A stretch of 64,000 nt of DNA. Origin: Candidatus Latescibacterota bacterium. Its GTDB lineage: Bacteria > Latescibacterota > UBA2968 > UBA8231. The notes beneath the pieces were generated by a model that did not search any database, was not told the origin of the DNA, and saw only the letters and a program-made list of their open reading frames with translations. The stretch covers positions 1,920,001-1,984,000 of the forward strand of contig CBDFJF010000002.1 of assembly GCA_965248265.1 (NCBI GenBank), given 5' to 3'. Shown here in pieces: positions 28,843 to 38,924 of this stretch. The translations under genes and the position numbers were made by a program. Position 1 is the stretch's first letter, and each line of letters starts with the position of its first letter.

Positions 28843-29034
28843 GCCGGTCGTCCTTCAATTGGATCGTGGACTGGTTCTCGTGATATCAAGTAATGGGACT
28901 TCAGGGTGATTTGTTTTCTTTAACTCATTTAAAATAAACGACTTAGACGGATAACCCCGACACCTCTGTGTATCGGGTGGTCGCACGGATGCTTTAGGAA
29001 AAAGAAGCTCCGGCTGGTCGTTACCAGCGCCGTG

Positions 29035-29091
29035 ACCGCCCTTGGCATAGCCATCCTCACGATACTGTTTGAGCTGTGTTTCTGTTAGCAT
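29035..29091 (-). pseudogene. 5' stub of a phytanoyl-CoA dioxygenase (PhyH)-like gene
   Basis: MLTETQLKQYREDGY is a typical PhyH start; unrelated sequence follows. Confidence 0.5.
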
Positions 29092-29294
29092 TGCCGCCCC
29101 GTTTCATCCAGCATGGCTCGATCCTCGCCGGCACGGAATGACGGCCGTTGTGGTATCCTCCATGCATTTCCGTAGAGCTTGCAGACCCTCGATACCTCCA
29201 CTAAATTGCGCCATTGTCTTGGAAGACAAAAGCTGGCTAAACTGCCGAGAACGGCAGGCCATTCGCAATAATGTAAACAAGGGGAGTGGAGAAA

Positions 29295-29621
29295 ATGAGC
29301 GTCTATGTCATCGCTGATATTCTGGTCAAGGACGACGCCTGGATTCCCGCCTATGCCGAAAAGGTACACGACATTGTGCATCGCCATGGAGGCAGATATC
29401 TCGCCCGCAGCGGCAATGTGAAGACGCTAGAGGGCGAACCACTGGAAACAACGCTGATCGCCATCCTCGAGTTTCCCAGTGCCGAAGCGGTCGAGGCCTT
29501 CGCCACCGACCCGGACTATGCCCCCTTCGGCAAGGCCCGCCAGGCCGGCTCGGATAGCCGCTTCCAGCTGATCGACGACACCGACATCGCCGGCACCATC
29601 CCGTATCTGGAAAAGGCGTGA
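29295..29621 (+). CDS. DUF1330 family protein
   Basis: 'HGGRYLARSG...LEG...ILEFPSAEA...DPDYAP...RQAG'. Confidence 0.85.
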   Translation: MSVYVIADILVKDDAWIPAYAEKVHDIVHRHGGRYLARSGNVKTLEGEPLETTLIAILEFPSAEAVEAFATDPDYAPFGKARQAGSDSRFQLIDDTDIAGTIPYLEKA

Positions 29622-29623
29622 GG

Positions 29624-29803
29624 TCAGAAGATGGGCTCTGCTGCGCCAAGGCCTTGGACAGCGTTCGCCAGAAATGACGAGCGAAACTGGACGCCCCAGC
29701 GGCCGCAAATCCTTGTGAAAATCCAGAACGTATCGAACCCGTTGTATTCGGTGCCGTCAGCGCGTTGCCGAGACTGCCGAATAGCAAGGTGAACCCGTTC
29801 GTC
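29624..29803 (-). pseudogene. Duplicated 3' fragment of the 31135-31560 gene
   Basis: About 172 bp diverged direct repeat of 31143-31314, still encoding VHLAIRQSRQRADG...GAAEP. Confidence 0.9.
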
Positions 29804-29984
29804 TAAGGGTGGCAAGGTCAACCTCTGGATCCTGTGATGCCGCGAGAGATTGTCTGTGGATTCTGTGGATCGATCACCAGGACCCATACAGATGCCATTA
29901 CTTCCTGCGTCGGTCCTCCAACGGATGTTCATTCGTTCTCACCGGCCCCGACGGAAGATGCCATCAACAGGCACATACACGCCC

Positions 29985-30503
29985 CTAATTCGCCGGTGAA
30001 AATGTAGCATTTATCTGCCCCCAAAGGGTAGGCTTGACGATGGTGATCGAGGGTTCACCCAGCGCACTTAAGTCCTCAGTAGCCTCCCTCATTGGCTTGG
30101 TCCTATGACATGCATTTGTCTGTAGGAACTGTTCGTCGTCGTCTGAAAAGGGGAGTGTGCCGATGAATCCGTATACCAAGTAACTCTCGCCCAGCTGAAA
30201 ACCGTAAAGATTGATAACATCTTGATATTCCTGTGCGATGACGATCGTTTCTCGCCCGCTAAGGCCTTTCCATACCCGATCAACCTGGAAAGTTGCCCGA
30301 TACGTGCGTGTTGGAGGATCTTCCCCTCTTTCGAGTATGCTGTCAGGGTGTTCATCGACCTCGGTCACTGTTCCCGAGAAAACAAAATCGGCTTGCTCCG
30401 ATGCTTCTAGTGGAGCAGGAATGGAAAAACAGGAAGCGGTGATAGCATGAGGCGCGCCGAGAGAGCAGCAAGCGACCGAGACGACACAAAGAAGATTGCG
30501 CAC
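29985..30503 (-). CDS. Secreted TIMP/NTR-like protein with C-terminal PTLWGQI motif
   Basis: Signal peptide, 'ADFVFSGTV', 'FQVDRVWKG', 'FQLGESYLVY', 'TNAC', 'ITIVKPTLWGQINA'. Confidence 0.65.
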   Translation of the reverse strand: MRNLLCVVSVACCSLGAPHAITASCFSIPAPLEASEQADFVFSGTVTEVDEHPDSILERGEDPPTRTYRATFQVDRVWKGLSGRETIVIAQEYQDVINLYGFQLGESYLVYGFIGTLPFSDDDEQFLQTNACHRTKPMREATEDLSALGEPSITIVKPTLWGQINATFSPAN

Positions 30504-30516
30504 GATAATCCTCCCC

Positions 30517-31053
30517 TCAGCGTTCCTCGGTTGCCTCGTCACAGTACAGCGCTTTTATCTGCCCCCACAGAGTCGGCTGGACGATGGTGATTAGGCCGTC
30601 CAGTGCTGCAATGTCCCCGGCAGCCTCACTGAGCCGTTTGGTTTGCTTACATCCGTTTGTCAGACGGAACCCCCCCGCCACATCGGGAGAACGGTCCGTC
30701 TCTATTTTGTCACCAAGGATACTGCCACTGATGTATCCGTAGACCAGATAGGCTTCACCTACCTCGAAGCTGTATCCGCAGTCCGCACCACTATCTGCCC
30801 ACGATACAATGGTGGTTTCTTGTCCATCAATCCCCTTCCATGACCGATCGACCTCGAATGTTGTGAAGAATATCGGGGACTCAGCCTCTGTCGCTCCCTC
30901 CTCAACGATCTCGATCACTGTACCGGAAAAAACAAATGCGGACCCGCCCAGATTTTGCAGCGGGGGCAAAAATTCACAACTGCATGCAGAAATCGCTTGG
31001 GGTGTGAAAAGCGAGCTTGAAACGAGCGCGATGACGAACAGAAGATTACGCAT
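30517..31053 (-). CDS. Secreted TIMP/NTR-like protein with C-terminal PTLWGQIK motif
   Basis: Signal then ACSC; 'ADCGYSFEVGEAYLVY'; 'ITIVQPTLWGQIKA'. Confidence 0.7.
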   Translation of the reverse strand: MRNLLFVIALVSSSLFTPQAISACSCEFLPPLQNLGGSAFVFSGTVIEIVEEGATEAESPIFFTTFEVDRSWKGIDGQETTIVSWADSGADCGYSFEVGEAYLVYGYISGSILGDKIETDRSPDVAGGFRLTNGCKQTKRLSEAAGDIAALDGLITIVQPTLWGQIKALYCDEATEER

Positions 31054-31134
31054 GGTGGTATCCTCCTTTTGGCTGTAGGATACACCTTTGCAAGAGACGT
31101 GCCAAGAAAGGCGGCAGGAGAATCAGGTGGCGTG

Positions 31135-31560
31135 TCAGGTGTTGGGCTCTGCTGCGCCAAAGCCTTGGACAGCGTTAGCCAGAAATGACGAGCGAAACTG
31201 GACCCCCCAGCGGCCGTAAATCTTTGTGAAGATCCAGAGCGTATCGAATCCGTTGTATTCGGTGCCGTCAGCGCGTTGTCGAGATTGGCGAATAGCAAGG
31301 TGAACCTTTTCATCGCCGACTTGAACTGGATCAATCGACTTGGTTTCCGTCGTGTGCCAGCCTTCCGCTCGCAGGTCTTCCGTCATTGCATCCTGCGGCG
31401 CTCGAAAGTCTTCTTCCGTTGGCCACGTCTGAAACTGGCTACCGGATAGCCGCATATGCGGAAAATGCATCTCCGCCACCATCATGTCGACGTCGCGGGT
31501 ATTGAATCCCAAGCACCAGCGTTCGAACGAATCGATCGCCTCTTTCGCCGGGTCGGCCAT
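31135..31560 (-). CDS. NTF2/SnoaL-like hypothetical protein
   Basis: 'FNTRD...MHFPHMRL...EGWHTT...DEKVHL...GRWGVQFRSSF'; RBS GGAGGA. Confidence 0.65.
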   Translation of the reverse strand: MADPAKEAIDSFERWCLGFNTRDVDMMVAEMHFPHMRLSGSQFQTWPTEEDFRAPQDAMTEDLRAEGWHTTETKSIDPVQVGDEKVHLAIRQSRQRADGTEYNGFDTLWIFTKIYGRWGVQFRSSFLANAVQGFGAAEPNT

Positions 31561-31651
31561 GGTTCCTCCCTCGCAATGATTCAGTCGTGTCCGCCACCCT
31601 CGGCTACGTCTACGAGTACCGTTGACGCCTGTTGCCGGACCCTGTCGTCGT

Positions 31652-32236
31652 TCACTGATGCCAGTCTCGGGCGAGGGCGAAGAAGCGACCATCGTCGCGC
31701 CAGGTGCGGATGGTCACGCCGTCGACGACGTCCTGCGACGATGCCACTTCGGACAGTCCATCGGTCAGGGGGGTGACGTACAGTGTCACCGACTCACCCG
31801 AAGTGCGGTCGCTCAACTTGAGCTGTGCCGCCAATCCACCCTGGATCGAGCAGTAACGCCCACCAACGAGCGCGTAGTCGGTCGCCAGGGGTGCGTTTGG
31901 ATTCGGAATCACTGAGAAATCGAGCCTCCCCAGTCCCGATTGCACCTGCTCGTACTGCTGCGCCGCAACTTCGACTGCCAGCTGCTTGCGGTGATTCATC
32001 GCCACTTCCCGGTAGACGGCCTGCGTGACACTCTGGTGCATCGCCGTATACACACCGGTGAATCCGACCACGAGGACTGCTGCCACGCCTGTGAGCCAGT
32101 AGTAGACGGACGATCTTGGTGAGGATGTACGTGTGCCGGCACCGAGGATCTCGTCGATTCTGGCGGCCGGCAGGGATTTCTCCTGGTAATGGCGGCGTAG
32201 CGCCGCGTCCAGGTTCGGTTTTTCGCGATCGCTCAT
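31652..32236 (-). CDS. Putative anti-sigma factor (single TM helix)
   Basis: Start overlaps the ECF sigma stop; TM helix; 'LVGGRYCSIQG'. Confidence 0.6.
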   Translation of the reverse strand: MSDREKPNLDAALRRHYQEKSLPAARIDEILGAGTRTSSPRSSVYYWLTGVAAVLVVGFTGVYTAMHQSVTQAVYREVAMNHRKQLAVEVAAQQYEQVQSGLGRLDFSVIPNPNAPLATDYALVGGRYCSIQGGLAAQLKLSDRTSGESVTLYVTPLTDGLSEVASSQDVVDGVTIRTWRDDGRFFALARDWHQ

Positions 32237-32718
32237 GCTTTGCCCTCTTGCCTGTCTCCCCAGGACGGGTTCAGGTGGGCGGCCAGCTTCTTCTTGCCGC
32301 GGTGCAGCAAGCTCAGGACCGTGTTGCGGGGGATGTCCATCAAGGCGGAGATCTCTCGAGCCGAGAATCCCTCGACGGCGTTGAGGTAGATGGCTTCGCG
32401 CTCCTCCGGCCTGATCAGCGCCAGCGCCCGGTCCATCTCGTCGGAATCCACCTCAACAATTGTAGGTACCAGGGTAGATGCAAGGTTTCCATGCTCCTCC
32501 TCGTCGAATGGCTCGAAGACGACCAGCTTGCTCCGCCGGTACCAGTCGATGTAGAGATTCCGAATCGCCGTGAAGAGCAGGGAGGGCGTCGGGCTCGAAC
32601 CGTGACGGCGCAGCAGTCTCATCCATGCCTCCTGGACGAGGTCTTCGGCATCGGCCTCTCTGTGCGTCAGCGACAGCCCGTAGCGATAGCCCGACTGCAG
32701 TAGATCCCTGTCTTCCAT
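32233..32718 (-). CDS. ECF RNA polymerase sigma factor
   Basis: 'AEDLVQEAW', 'IRNLYID', region 4 'EISALMDIPRNTVLSLLHRG'. Confidence 0.9.
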   Translation of the reverse strand: MEDRDLLQSGYRYGLSLTHREADAEDLVQEAWMRLLRRHGSSPTPSLLFTAIRNLYIDWYRRSKLVVFEPFDEEEHGNLASTLVPTIVEVDSDEMDRALALIRPEEREAIYLNAVEGFSAREISALMDIPRNTVLSLLHRGKKKLAAHLNPSWGDRQEGKA

Positions 32719-32742
32719 TAGGCGAAACCCAGGCAGAACCCG

Positions 32743-33138
32743 TCAGGGACCCGCACTCTCCAGTTCGTATTTGCGTTTGACGCCGTCGACCTTGTGGACG
32801 ACCCCCTCGAGAACCCGCAGCTCATCTCCGATACCGCCGACCAGGAAGTCGAGGTCGTACTGGCGTCCGGCGGCGTCGGAAAAATCGGCGCAACTCACGT
32901 AGAACTCTGCCTTCTTGACGATGCCACTGTGCAGTTCGCCAAACTTCAATCGCAGGAGTTTGCCTTCAGTACCATCATAAATCACGTAGACGGAGTCCAC
33001 CATGCTGTCGGCGACATGGGTGGCCATCGCCTCGTGAATGTCAGCCCTGAGCTTGCCCTTGATGCTGGGATCATCCCCGGCGAAGGCGGCAGCAGCCAGG
33101 GTGAGCACTGCGACCATCGCCAAACAATAAACTCTCAT
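32743..33138 (-). CDS. Exported hypothetical protein
   Basis: Signal peptide; RBS GAGGAGG; co-oriented with the ECF pair. Confidence 0.6.
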   Translation of the reverse strand: MRVYCLAMVAVLTLAAAAFAGDDPSIKGKLRADIHEAMATHVADSMVDSVYVIYDGTEGKLLRLKFGELHSGIVKKAEFYVSCADFSDAAGRQYDLDFLVGGIGDELRVLEGVVHKVDGVKRKYELESAGP

Positions 33139-33437
33139 TCATGCCTCCTCTTGGTAGATGTCAGGACTGCAGGGTGCAGGCCTGGCTGTCATGGGTCTAC
33201 CTGGTAAACGATCGAAACGTCGGATTGATTGCAGGGGCTGCGCGGATCCCTTTCGGGCACCGCTTGTGACTAGAGCATTTTTAACGTGTTTTTGTTACGT
33301 ATGATTACAAGAATACGCCAAATACAGAATTCCCTGGTGGATTTACACGCCAGGGATCGGGGACGGATGCTGGTTCTGACAGGAGCCCGTCAGTGCGGCA
33401 AGTCCACGCTCGCCATTCACTGACAGGAGGCACCTCC

Positions 33438-34832
33438 TTGATACCACGTCCGATCGACCTGAGCCAGGACCAGCTGTTCATCGACGATCGCTGGGTCGGA
33501 GAAACCCAGCGTCTGTCGCGCCTGTGGCACCGGGCCGAGATCTTTCCCGAACCGGTCGTGCGACCCGACAGACCGTGGGAGGGTTCGACGCTGCTGATGA
33601 CGGGTACCGTCTTCAAGGTCGCCGACACCTGGAGGATGTACTACCTGACCCGCGGCACGGCGACGGCCCCGCCCGCGTTCTGCGTCGCCGAGAGCGACGA
33701 CGGTCTGCACTGGCACAAGCCCGAGCTCGGGCTCTATGAGGCCGACGGCAGCCGCGACAACAACATCGTCTTCGCCGAGCGCTTCAAGTGCCCATCGGTC
33801 TGCTACGAGCCCGATGATGACGAGGCGCCGTTCAAGCTGTTCTACCACGGTCCCTCCAGCAAGGTCGACCCCGGCCTCTATGTCGCCGTCAGCAGGGACG
33901 GTTATTCCTTTGAGCGGCTTCCGGGCCCCATCGCCACCAGTACCGGAGAGCGCGAGCACGTGATGCTCGAGCGCATTGAGGGCAGGTATGTCGTGCTCTC
34001 CAAACCCGTGGACCCCTACGAGGTGACGGGCGGACGCTGCGTCGTCGTCATCACGAGCCCGGACCTGCGTGAGTTTACCGAGCCGCAGCTGATCATGAAG
34101 CAGGACCTGCTCGACGATTTCAACGCCGAGATCTACGGCATGGTGGCCTTCCCCTACGCCGATCGCTACATCGGACTGCTCGAGCGCTATCACGGCATCC
34201 CCGACGTCATCGACATCTGCCTGGCCTGGTCGGACGACCTCGTGAGCTGGCAGCGGCCGCCGCAGCGCGAGGCCTTCATCGGCGCCGAGTACCCGTGGAA
34301 CAAGCGCTGGAACAGCCCGGCGTCGTCACCGCCCATCCGCAAGGGCAATCAGCTCTGGTTCTACTTCGGCGGCATGAGCGGTGCCCACGACCACTCCAAA
34401 TCCAATGCCGCGCCCTGCTACGGCGCCATCGGTCTCGCCACCATCACCGTCGACCGCTTCGCGTCGCTGTCGGCGGGGTTCCGCGGCGGCAAACTCGTCA
34501 CCAAACCGATGACATGGCCTGGCGGCGATCTGGCGATCAATGCATCGACGTCCGCCGCCCTCGAAGGCGACCCGCGCCTGAAGGACGGTTCCATGCGGGT
34601 GGAGGTCCTCGATGAGGCGCTGCAGCCGGTGCCGGACTTCAGCGGCGAGGACGCGGCGCACTTCTGCGATAACATGCCGATGCGCGGCTTCACCGATTCG
34701 GCCGTCCTGCGCTGGCGGGGAGAAGAGCGCAGTCTCGACACCCTGGCCGGCAAGACGATCCGCCTGCTCTTCCGCATGGAGCACGCCCATCTCTACAGCT
34801 TCCGCAGTACCCGTGTAGAAGAAGCCTCATGA
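33438..34832 (+). CDS. Beta-propeller glycoside hydrolase-like protein (homolog of 1149-2651)
   Basis: 'QLFIDD', 'CVAESDDGLHWHKPELG', 'DRFASL', 'LYSFR'; TTG start after AGGAGG. Confidence 0.7.
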   Translation: MIPRPIDLSQDQLFIDDRWVGETQRLSRLWHRAEIFPEPVVRPDRPWEGSTLLMTGTVFKVADTWRMYYLTRGTATAPPAFCVAESDDGLHWHKPELGLYEADGSRDNNIVFAERFKCPSVCYEPDDDEAPFKLFYHGPSSKVDPGLYVAVSRDGYSFERLPGPIATSTGEREHVMLERIEGRYVVLSKPVDPYEVTGGRCVVVITSPDLREFTEPQLIMKQDLLDDFNAEIYGMVAFPYADRYIGLLERYHGIPDVIDICLAWSDDLVSWQRPPQREAFIGAEYPWNKRWNSPASSPPIRKGNQLWFYFGGMSGAHDHSKSNAAPCYGAIGLATITVDRFASLSAGFRGGKLVTKPMTWPGGDLAINASTSAALEGDPRLKDGSMRVEVLDEALQPVPDFSGEDAAHFCDNMPMRGFTDSAVLRWRGEERSLDTLAGKTIRLLFRMEHAHLYSFRSTRVEEAS

Positions 34833-34848
34833 GTCAGGTGCACGACCG

Positions 34849-34914
34849 ATGAACAACCCAGTACAAGGACGCGTCGTTGAGAAAGGATCCGGCGAGGGCG
34901 TGCCGGAGATCCCC
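34849..34914 (+). pseudogene. Duplicated 5' stub of the 43292-45406 gene
   Basis: MNNPVQGRVVEKGSGEGVPEIP versus MSQPVQGRVIERESGEGVPEIP. Confidence 0.85.
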
Positions 34915-35002
34915 CCCTCAGTGCCTGGCGTCCGCAGGCCGCCAACCCGTGGATGATCGGGAGGATGCTGTCGCGGAGTTATCGGGGTGATCCGTGGACG
35001 CG

Positions 35003-36052
35003 CTACAGCACGACCGGCCTTCCGGTGCGGGCCGACTCGTAAATGGCCACGATGATTTCGAGCGGCTTTCTGCCCTCGTGCTGATCGACCGCGGTCGGTC
35101 TGTCCTCTCTGACCGCCTCCACGAGGTCGGTGATCTGGAGAACATGGCCCGCCGCGTTCATGGCACCGGGATCACTGGCAGCTCCGCCGGAAGGATCGCT
35201 AAGGACCACATCTGCGGGGATCTCCTGTCCCTCGATGTCCCAGGACACCAGCACGTCTTCCGCCATCACGATGGTCCCGTTCTCGCCTGAGATCTCCATT
35301 CGGCGCGGATAACCCGGGTACACCGAAGTCGTGCCCTGGATGACACCGAGCGCTCCGCTTTCCCATTCCACCACGGCGGATGCGGTGTCCTCGACCTCGA
35401 TGTTTTTGCGCACGAGCGTTTTGACGATGCCGTGGATGGATTTGGGGCGACCCATCACATGCTGCAGCACGTCAATGCCGTGAATACCCTGGTTCATCAG
35501 CGCGCCGCCGCCGTCCATTTCCCAGGTTCCCCTCCAGCCGCCCGAGTCGTAGTACTCCTGAGAGCGGAAGAACTTCATATAGACGTCACCGGAAACCAGC
35601 CGGCCCAGCACGCCCTCATCGACGGCTCTCCTCAACCGGCGCAACGCCGGCGAGTACCGCAGCTGGGAGACGACTTCCATTTTCACGCCGCTCGACTCCA
35701 CCGCCTCTATGGCCGCGTCCGCCTCTTCGAGATTCAACGCCATTGGCTTCTCGACGACGATATGCTTGCCGGCTCTGGCCGCTTCGACTGACAGGCGAGC
35801 GTGATGACCCGTGGGCGTGCAGATGCAGACCGCGTCGACCTCGCTGCTTGCCAGGAGCTCTTCGACCGAATCGAAAGCCTGGCCTCCGTGTTTTGCGGTC
35901 AGCTTATGCCGGGATTGCCCGGTCACGTCGGCGGCGCCGACCAGCCGCGCGCCCTCCACGTCGGCCAACGCCGTGGCATGAAAGTTGGCAATCATGCCAC
36001 ATCCGATAATTCCGAACCCCATTCCACTGTTGCTCATCGTATTCAACCTCAC
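35003..36052 (-). CDS. Gfo/Idh/MocA oxidoreductase
   Basis: GIIGCGMIA, VEKPMA, 'WRGTWEMDGGGALMNQGIH'; start may be 36037. Confidence 0.92.
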   Translation of the reverse strand: MRLNTMSNSGMGFGIIGCGMIANFHATALADVEGARLVGAADVTGQSRHKLTAKHGGQAFDSVEELLASSEVDAVCICTPTGHHARLSVEAARAGKHIVVEKPMALNLEEADAAIEAVESSGVKMEVVSQLRYSPALRRLRRAVDEGVLGRLVSGDVYMKFFRSQEYYDSGGWRGTWEMDGGGALMNQGIHGIDVLQHVMGRPKSIHGIVKTLVRKNIEVEDTASAVVEWESGALGVIQGTTSVYPGYPRRMEISGENGTIVMAEDVLVSWDIEGQEIPADVVLSDPSGGAASDPGAMNAAGHVLQITDLVEAVREDRPTAVDQHEGRKPLEIIVAIYESARTGRPVVL

Positions 36053-37383
36053 ACAATATTAGAAGCGCCCCAGGCACCCATATCCGGTGGATTGCCCTCG
36101 TCGCCGGCCAGCAGCTCGCCGTAGTTGGCCGCCACTTTCCTGAAAGCATTGGCATATTCCTCGATGATCTCCGGCCGGTAGTGCTTGAACCAGGGGATCT
36201 CGAAGACCCGCTCGCTGAAGCCCTCGGTCGCAGGCAGGCTGCCCGGCGGCTGCCTGAGATCGCGGTCGGAGTTGGCAATTCGTGTCGGCTTGCCGTGGCC
36301 GTAGATGTCGGCCGTGTTGAACAGCGGGTGCAGGTGCAGTGGTTTGTTGCATCCGGGGACACAGGTGGTCGCACCCTCCGCCCGCACCGCCTCCGCGAAC
36401 CTGGATACCGAGAGATTCCCCAGCTGTGCGGGATTGTACAGACCACGGGCGGCATACCAGCCCCCCATCGTGCTGCCGCTGCCCTTAGGCGGCCGGTGGG
36501 CAACCACCCCCGGCACCCCTTCGAGCAGGTCCCAGAAGTGATTCATGGCCCTGTCGATCTGTGCTATGCGCTCATCGTAATACTTGAGCTGGACCTGGCC
36601 CACGGCGGCGCTCATCTGATGCATCCGGAATTTGTGCCCACCCATGGGCAATCCGGCATACGGCTGCAGGCTCTCGGTCTGCACGGTGTCGTCGAATCTC
36701 AGATAGTGTCCCCAGGCCACGCAGCGCTCGTGCACCTCCAGATCATCGGTGACGACGATTCCGGCCTCGCCGATGGCCATGCTTTTGTAGGTCATCAGCG
36801 ACATGGCTCCGACATCGAAGGTGCCCAGCTTCCTGCCCTTGTAGAGACTGCCCTGGCCGTGGGACACATCCTCGATGACCCGCAGACCGTGCTTGTTGGC
36901 GATCGCCATGATCGCGTCCATGTCGGCGGGATATCCCAGATAGTGGACGACCATGATCGCCTTGGTGCGATCGGTTATCCGGTGCTCGATGTCTCCGGGA
37001 TCGATACAGAGTGTGTCCGCGTCGATGTCGGCAAAGACGACGGTTGCTCCCAGGCTGTAGCACTGGAGGATCGACGCCCAGAAGGTGGCGCTGGGACAGA
37101 TGATCTCATCACCGATGCCGATCTTGCAGCCGAACATGGCCGAGTGCACGGCGGATGTTCCGTTGTTGGTCCCGAGGGCGTATTTCGTTCCCATCCACGC
37201 GGCGAACTCCTGCTCGAACTGCCTGGTCTGGTCGATATCCGACATCTTTCTCTGCCGCAGAACGCCCAGCACGGCCTCCTCGTCTTCGGATGTGACGATC
37301 GGCCACGTGAACATGTCACCGGGATCCCGCTGCACTGCCTTGGGCCCGCCCAGGAGCGCCAGTTGTGCTGAGATACTCATCAT
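36049..37383 (-). CDS. DegT/DnrJ/EryC1/StrS PLP aminotransferase
   Basis: 'LALLGGPK', 'NNGTSA', 'VIEDVSH', PLP lysine region 'SLMTYKSMAIGEAG'. Confidence 0.9.
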   Translation of the reverse strand: MMSISAQLALLGGPKAVQRDPGDMFTWPIVTSEDEEAVLGVLRQRKMSDIDQTRQFEQEFAAWMGTKYALGTNNGTSAVHSAMFGCKIGIGDEIICPSATFWASILQCYSLGATVVFADIDADTLCIDPGDIEHRITDRTKAIMVVHYLGYPADMDAIMAIANKHGLRVIEDVSHGQGSLYKGRKLGTFDVGAMSLMTYKSMAIGEAGIVVTDDLEVHERCVAWGHYLRFDDTVQTESLQPYAGLPMGGHKFRMHQMSAAVGQVQLKYYDERIAQIDRAMNHFWDLLEGVPGVVAHRPPKGSGSTMGGWYAARGLYNPAQLGNLSVSRFAEAVRAEGATTCVPGCNKPLHLHPLFNTADIYGHGKPTRIANSDRDLRQPPGSLPATEGFSERVFEIPWFKHYRPEIIEEYANAFRKVAANYGELLAGDEGNPPDMGAWGASNIV

Positions 37384-37410
37384 CCCTTCCTCCGAGTTTA
37401 TCCGGTACTG

Positions 37411-38709
37411 TTACGACCGCGCCGGATCCTGATCAATCAACTCATACACGAGGTGGTGGACACCTTCGAGCACTTCTTGCTCGGAAGCAGCCGTGTAGGC
37501 GCCGTCAGCCTCGTATCCTCCCTCATCGAGCATATGCGCGCGGGGAAAATATCCGACATCGCCCGATGTGTACCCCAGAACAAATACCTTTCCGTGTCCC
37601 GCCAGATCTTTTTCGATATCGAGTGCGTACTCTCCCATTGGCTCGCCGGGCAGTCCGACAAACCACACGTCACCGATCCTCATCGCCTTTATGGGGAAGT
37701 TCACGAAGCCGTCTTCGATACGGTCCCTCTTGTCCAACGCTCGATCCTGTTTTGCTTCATCGGCGGTTACCGCCAACATCTCGTGACCGGCTGAAATACT
37801 GAACGCCTGCTCGCGCTTATCGACAAACTCGCGCACCCTCAGCCTGGTGGCGACTTTCACAGCCTCAGCTCCGAGCGACCAGCCGCACCACATCACATCG
37901 ATCTCGCCGCCGCTGCGGCCAAAGTCGTCGACGCTCGATTTCCAACCCCCGATCGAGGGTAGATTCGCCCGAACATCACCGCTGCATCCCTGGAGAAACA
38001 TCGCCGTTGTCCTGGCGCCGAAGCTCCGCTCCACGAATGCTTTGGCCACACCCGGAAAGTCTGCAGTGATCTGGGTGTTGGCGCCACGGAAGACGTTGGC
38101 ATGACAGACGGCATGCATGATAACGGCCATGGGCTCGGCGCTGTCTCCATCATCGATGCGCAGGACTTTGACACGGTGGTCGCATATCCCATCCGGGTTC
38201 AGTCCGCTGTGGCACTTGCCGTCGGCATCGATGCACCGACGGTTGACGTTGAAGTCGATGATTCCCTCTCCATACCCGAGGCTTACCGGCCGCAGGTTGC
38301 CCACCGCCATGCTGACCGCGCCGGCAACCTTCGCCGTAACCTCATGCTGATAGCATTCATCGGTATGAAACCAGGGACTGCCGTGGGTATGTGATGTGTT
38401 GATGATGATGTGGTCCGGGGCAATTCCAGATGTTTCCCCGATGGCGGCTCTGAATGCATCGCCATCCCGCTGCATTGCCTGTATCGAATCCAGGGTCACC
38501 AGTGCCGCGCGCTTCTTCCCGTCGTCGAACACGACAGCCACTGCGTGAAGCGGATCGCGGATGCCGGTTGCAGGGCCTTCCCGGTCGGCATATCCACCGA
38601 GAGGAACCGATATGGGGGGCGTGATATCCACTCTGGCGATACCGGCCGCGAGATTGGTCAGGACCACTGCGTCGGGAGCTGGCTCATTTGGTTGCCCATT
38701 GTCTGCCAT
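37411..38709 (-). CDS. Neutral/alkaline ceramidase-like N-terminal domain protein
   Basis: 'GIARVDITP', 'RDPLHA', 'SHTHGSP', 'HAVCHA', 'ITADFPG', 'FLQGCSGD', 'LPGEP', 'GGYE'. Confidence 0.75.
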   Translation of the reverse strand: MADNGQPNEPAPDAVVLTNLAAGIARVDITPPISVPLGGYADREGPATGIRDPLHAVAVVFDDGKKRAALVTLDSIQAMQRDGDAFRAAIGETSGIAPDHIIINTSHTHGSPWFHTDECYQHEVTAKVAGAVSMAVGNLRPVSLGYGEGIIDFNVNRRCIDADGKCHSGLNPDGICDHRVKVLRIDDGDSAEPMAVIMHAVCHANVFRGANTQITADFPGVAKAFVERSFGARTTAMFLQGCSGDVRANLPSIGGWKSSVDDFGRSGGEIDVMWCGWSLGAEAVKVATRLRVREFVDKREQAFSISAGHEMLAVTADEAKQDRALDKRDRIEDGFVNFPIKAMRIGDVWFVGLPGEPMGEYALDIEKDLAGHGKVFVLGYTSGDVGYFPRAHMLDEGGYEADGAYTAASEQEVLEGVHHLVYELIDQDPARS

Positions 38710-38924
38710 GTGTATTCACCTTGATCAAATGGGTTGCAGGCTGTCTCAGTGTCCTACCTCTATAGTAGTCCGACTCCGGCTCAGCTCAATGACGGGGAGG
38801 GGCTCGTCAACAACCGCGCTTACCTCGAGCTGGCGCCATATGTCGGTCCGGAATTCCAAATGGCCGAAGTCGGTGCGCTCTGGCAGACATCACATGGGGG
38901 TGTCGGTTCCCTATCACAGCGACC

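Noticed and set aside
28925-28956. Sigma28-like TAAA...CGGATAA near the flagellin gene
   Set aside because: On the wrong strand for the flagellin gene and with non-consensus spacing.
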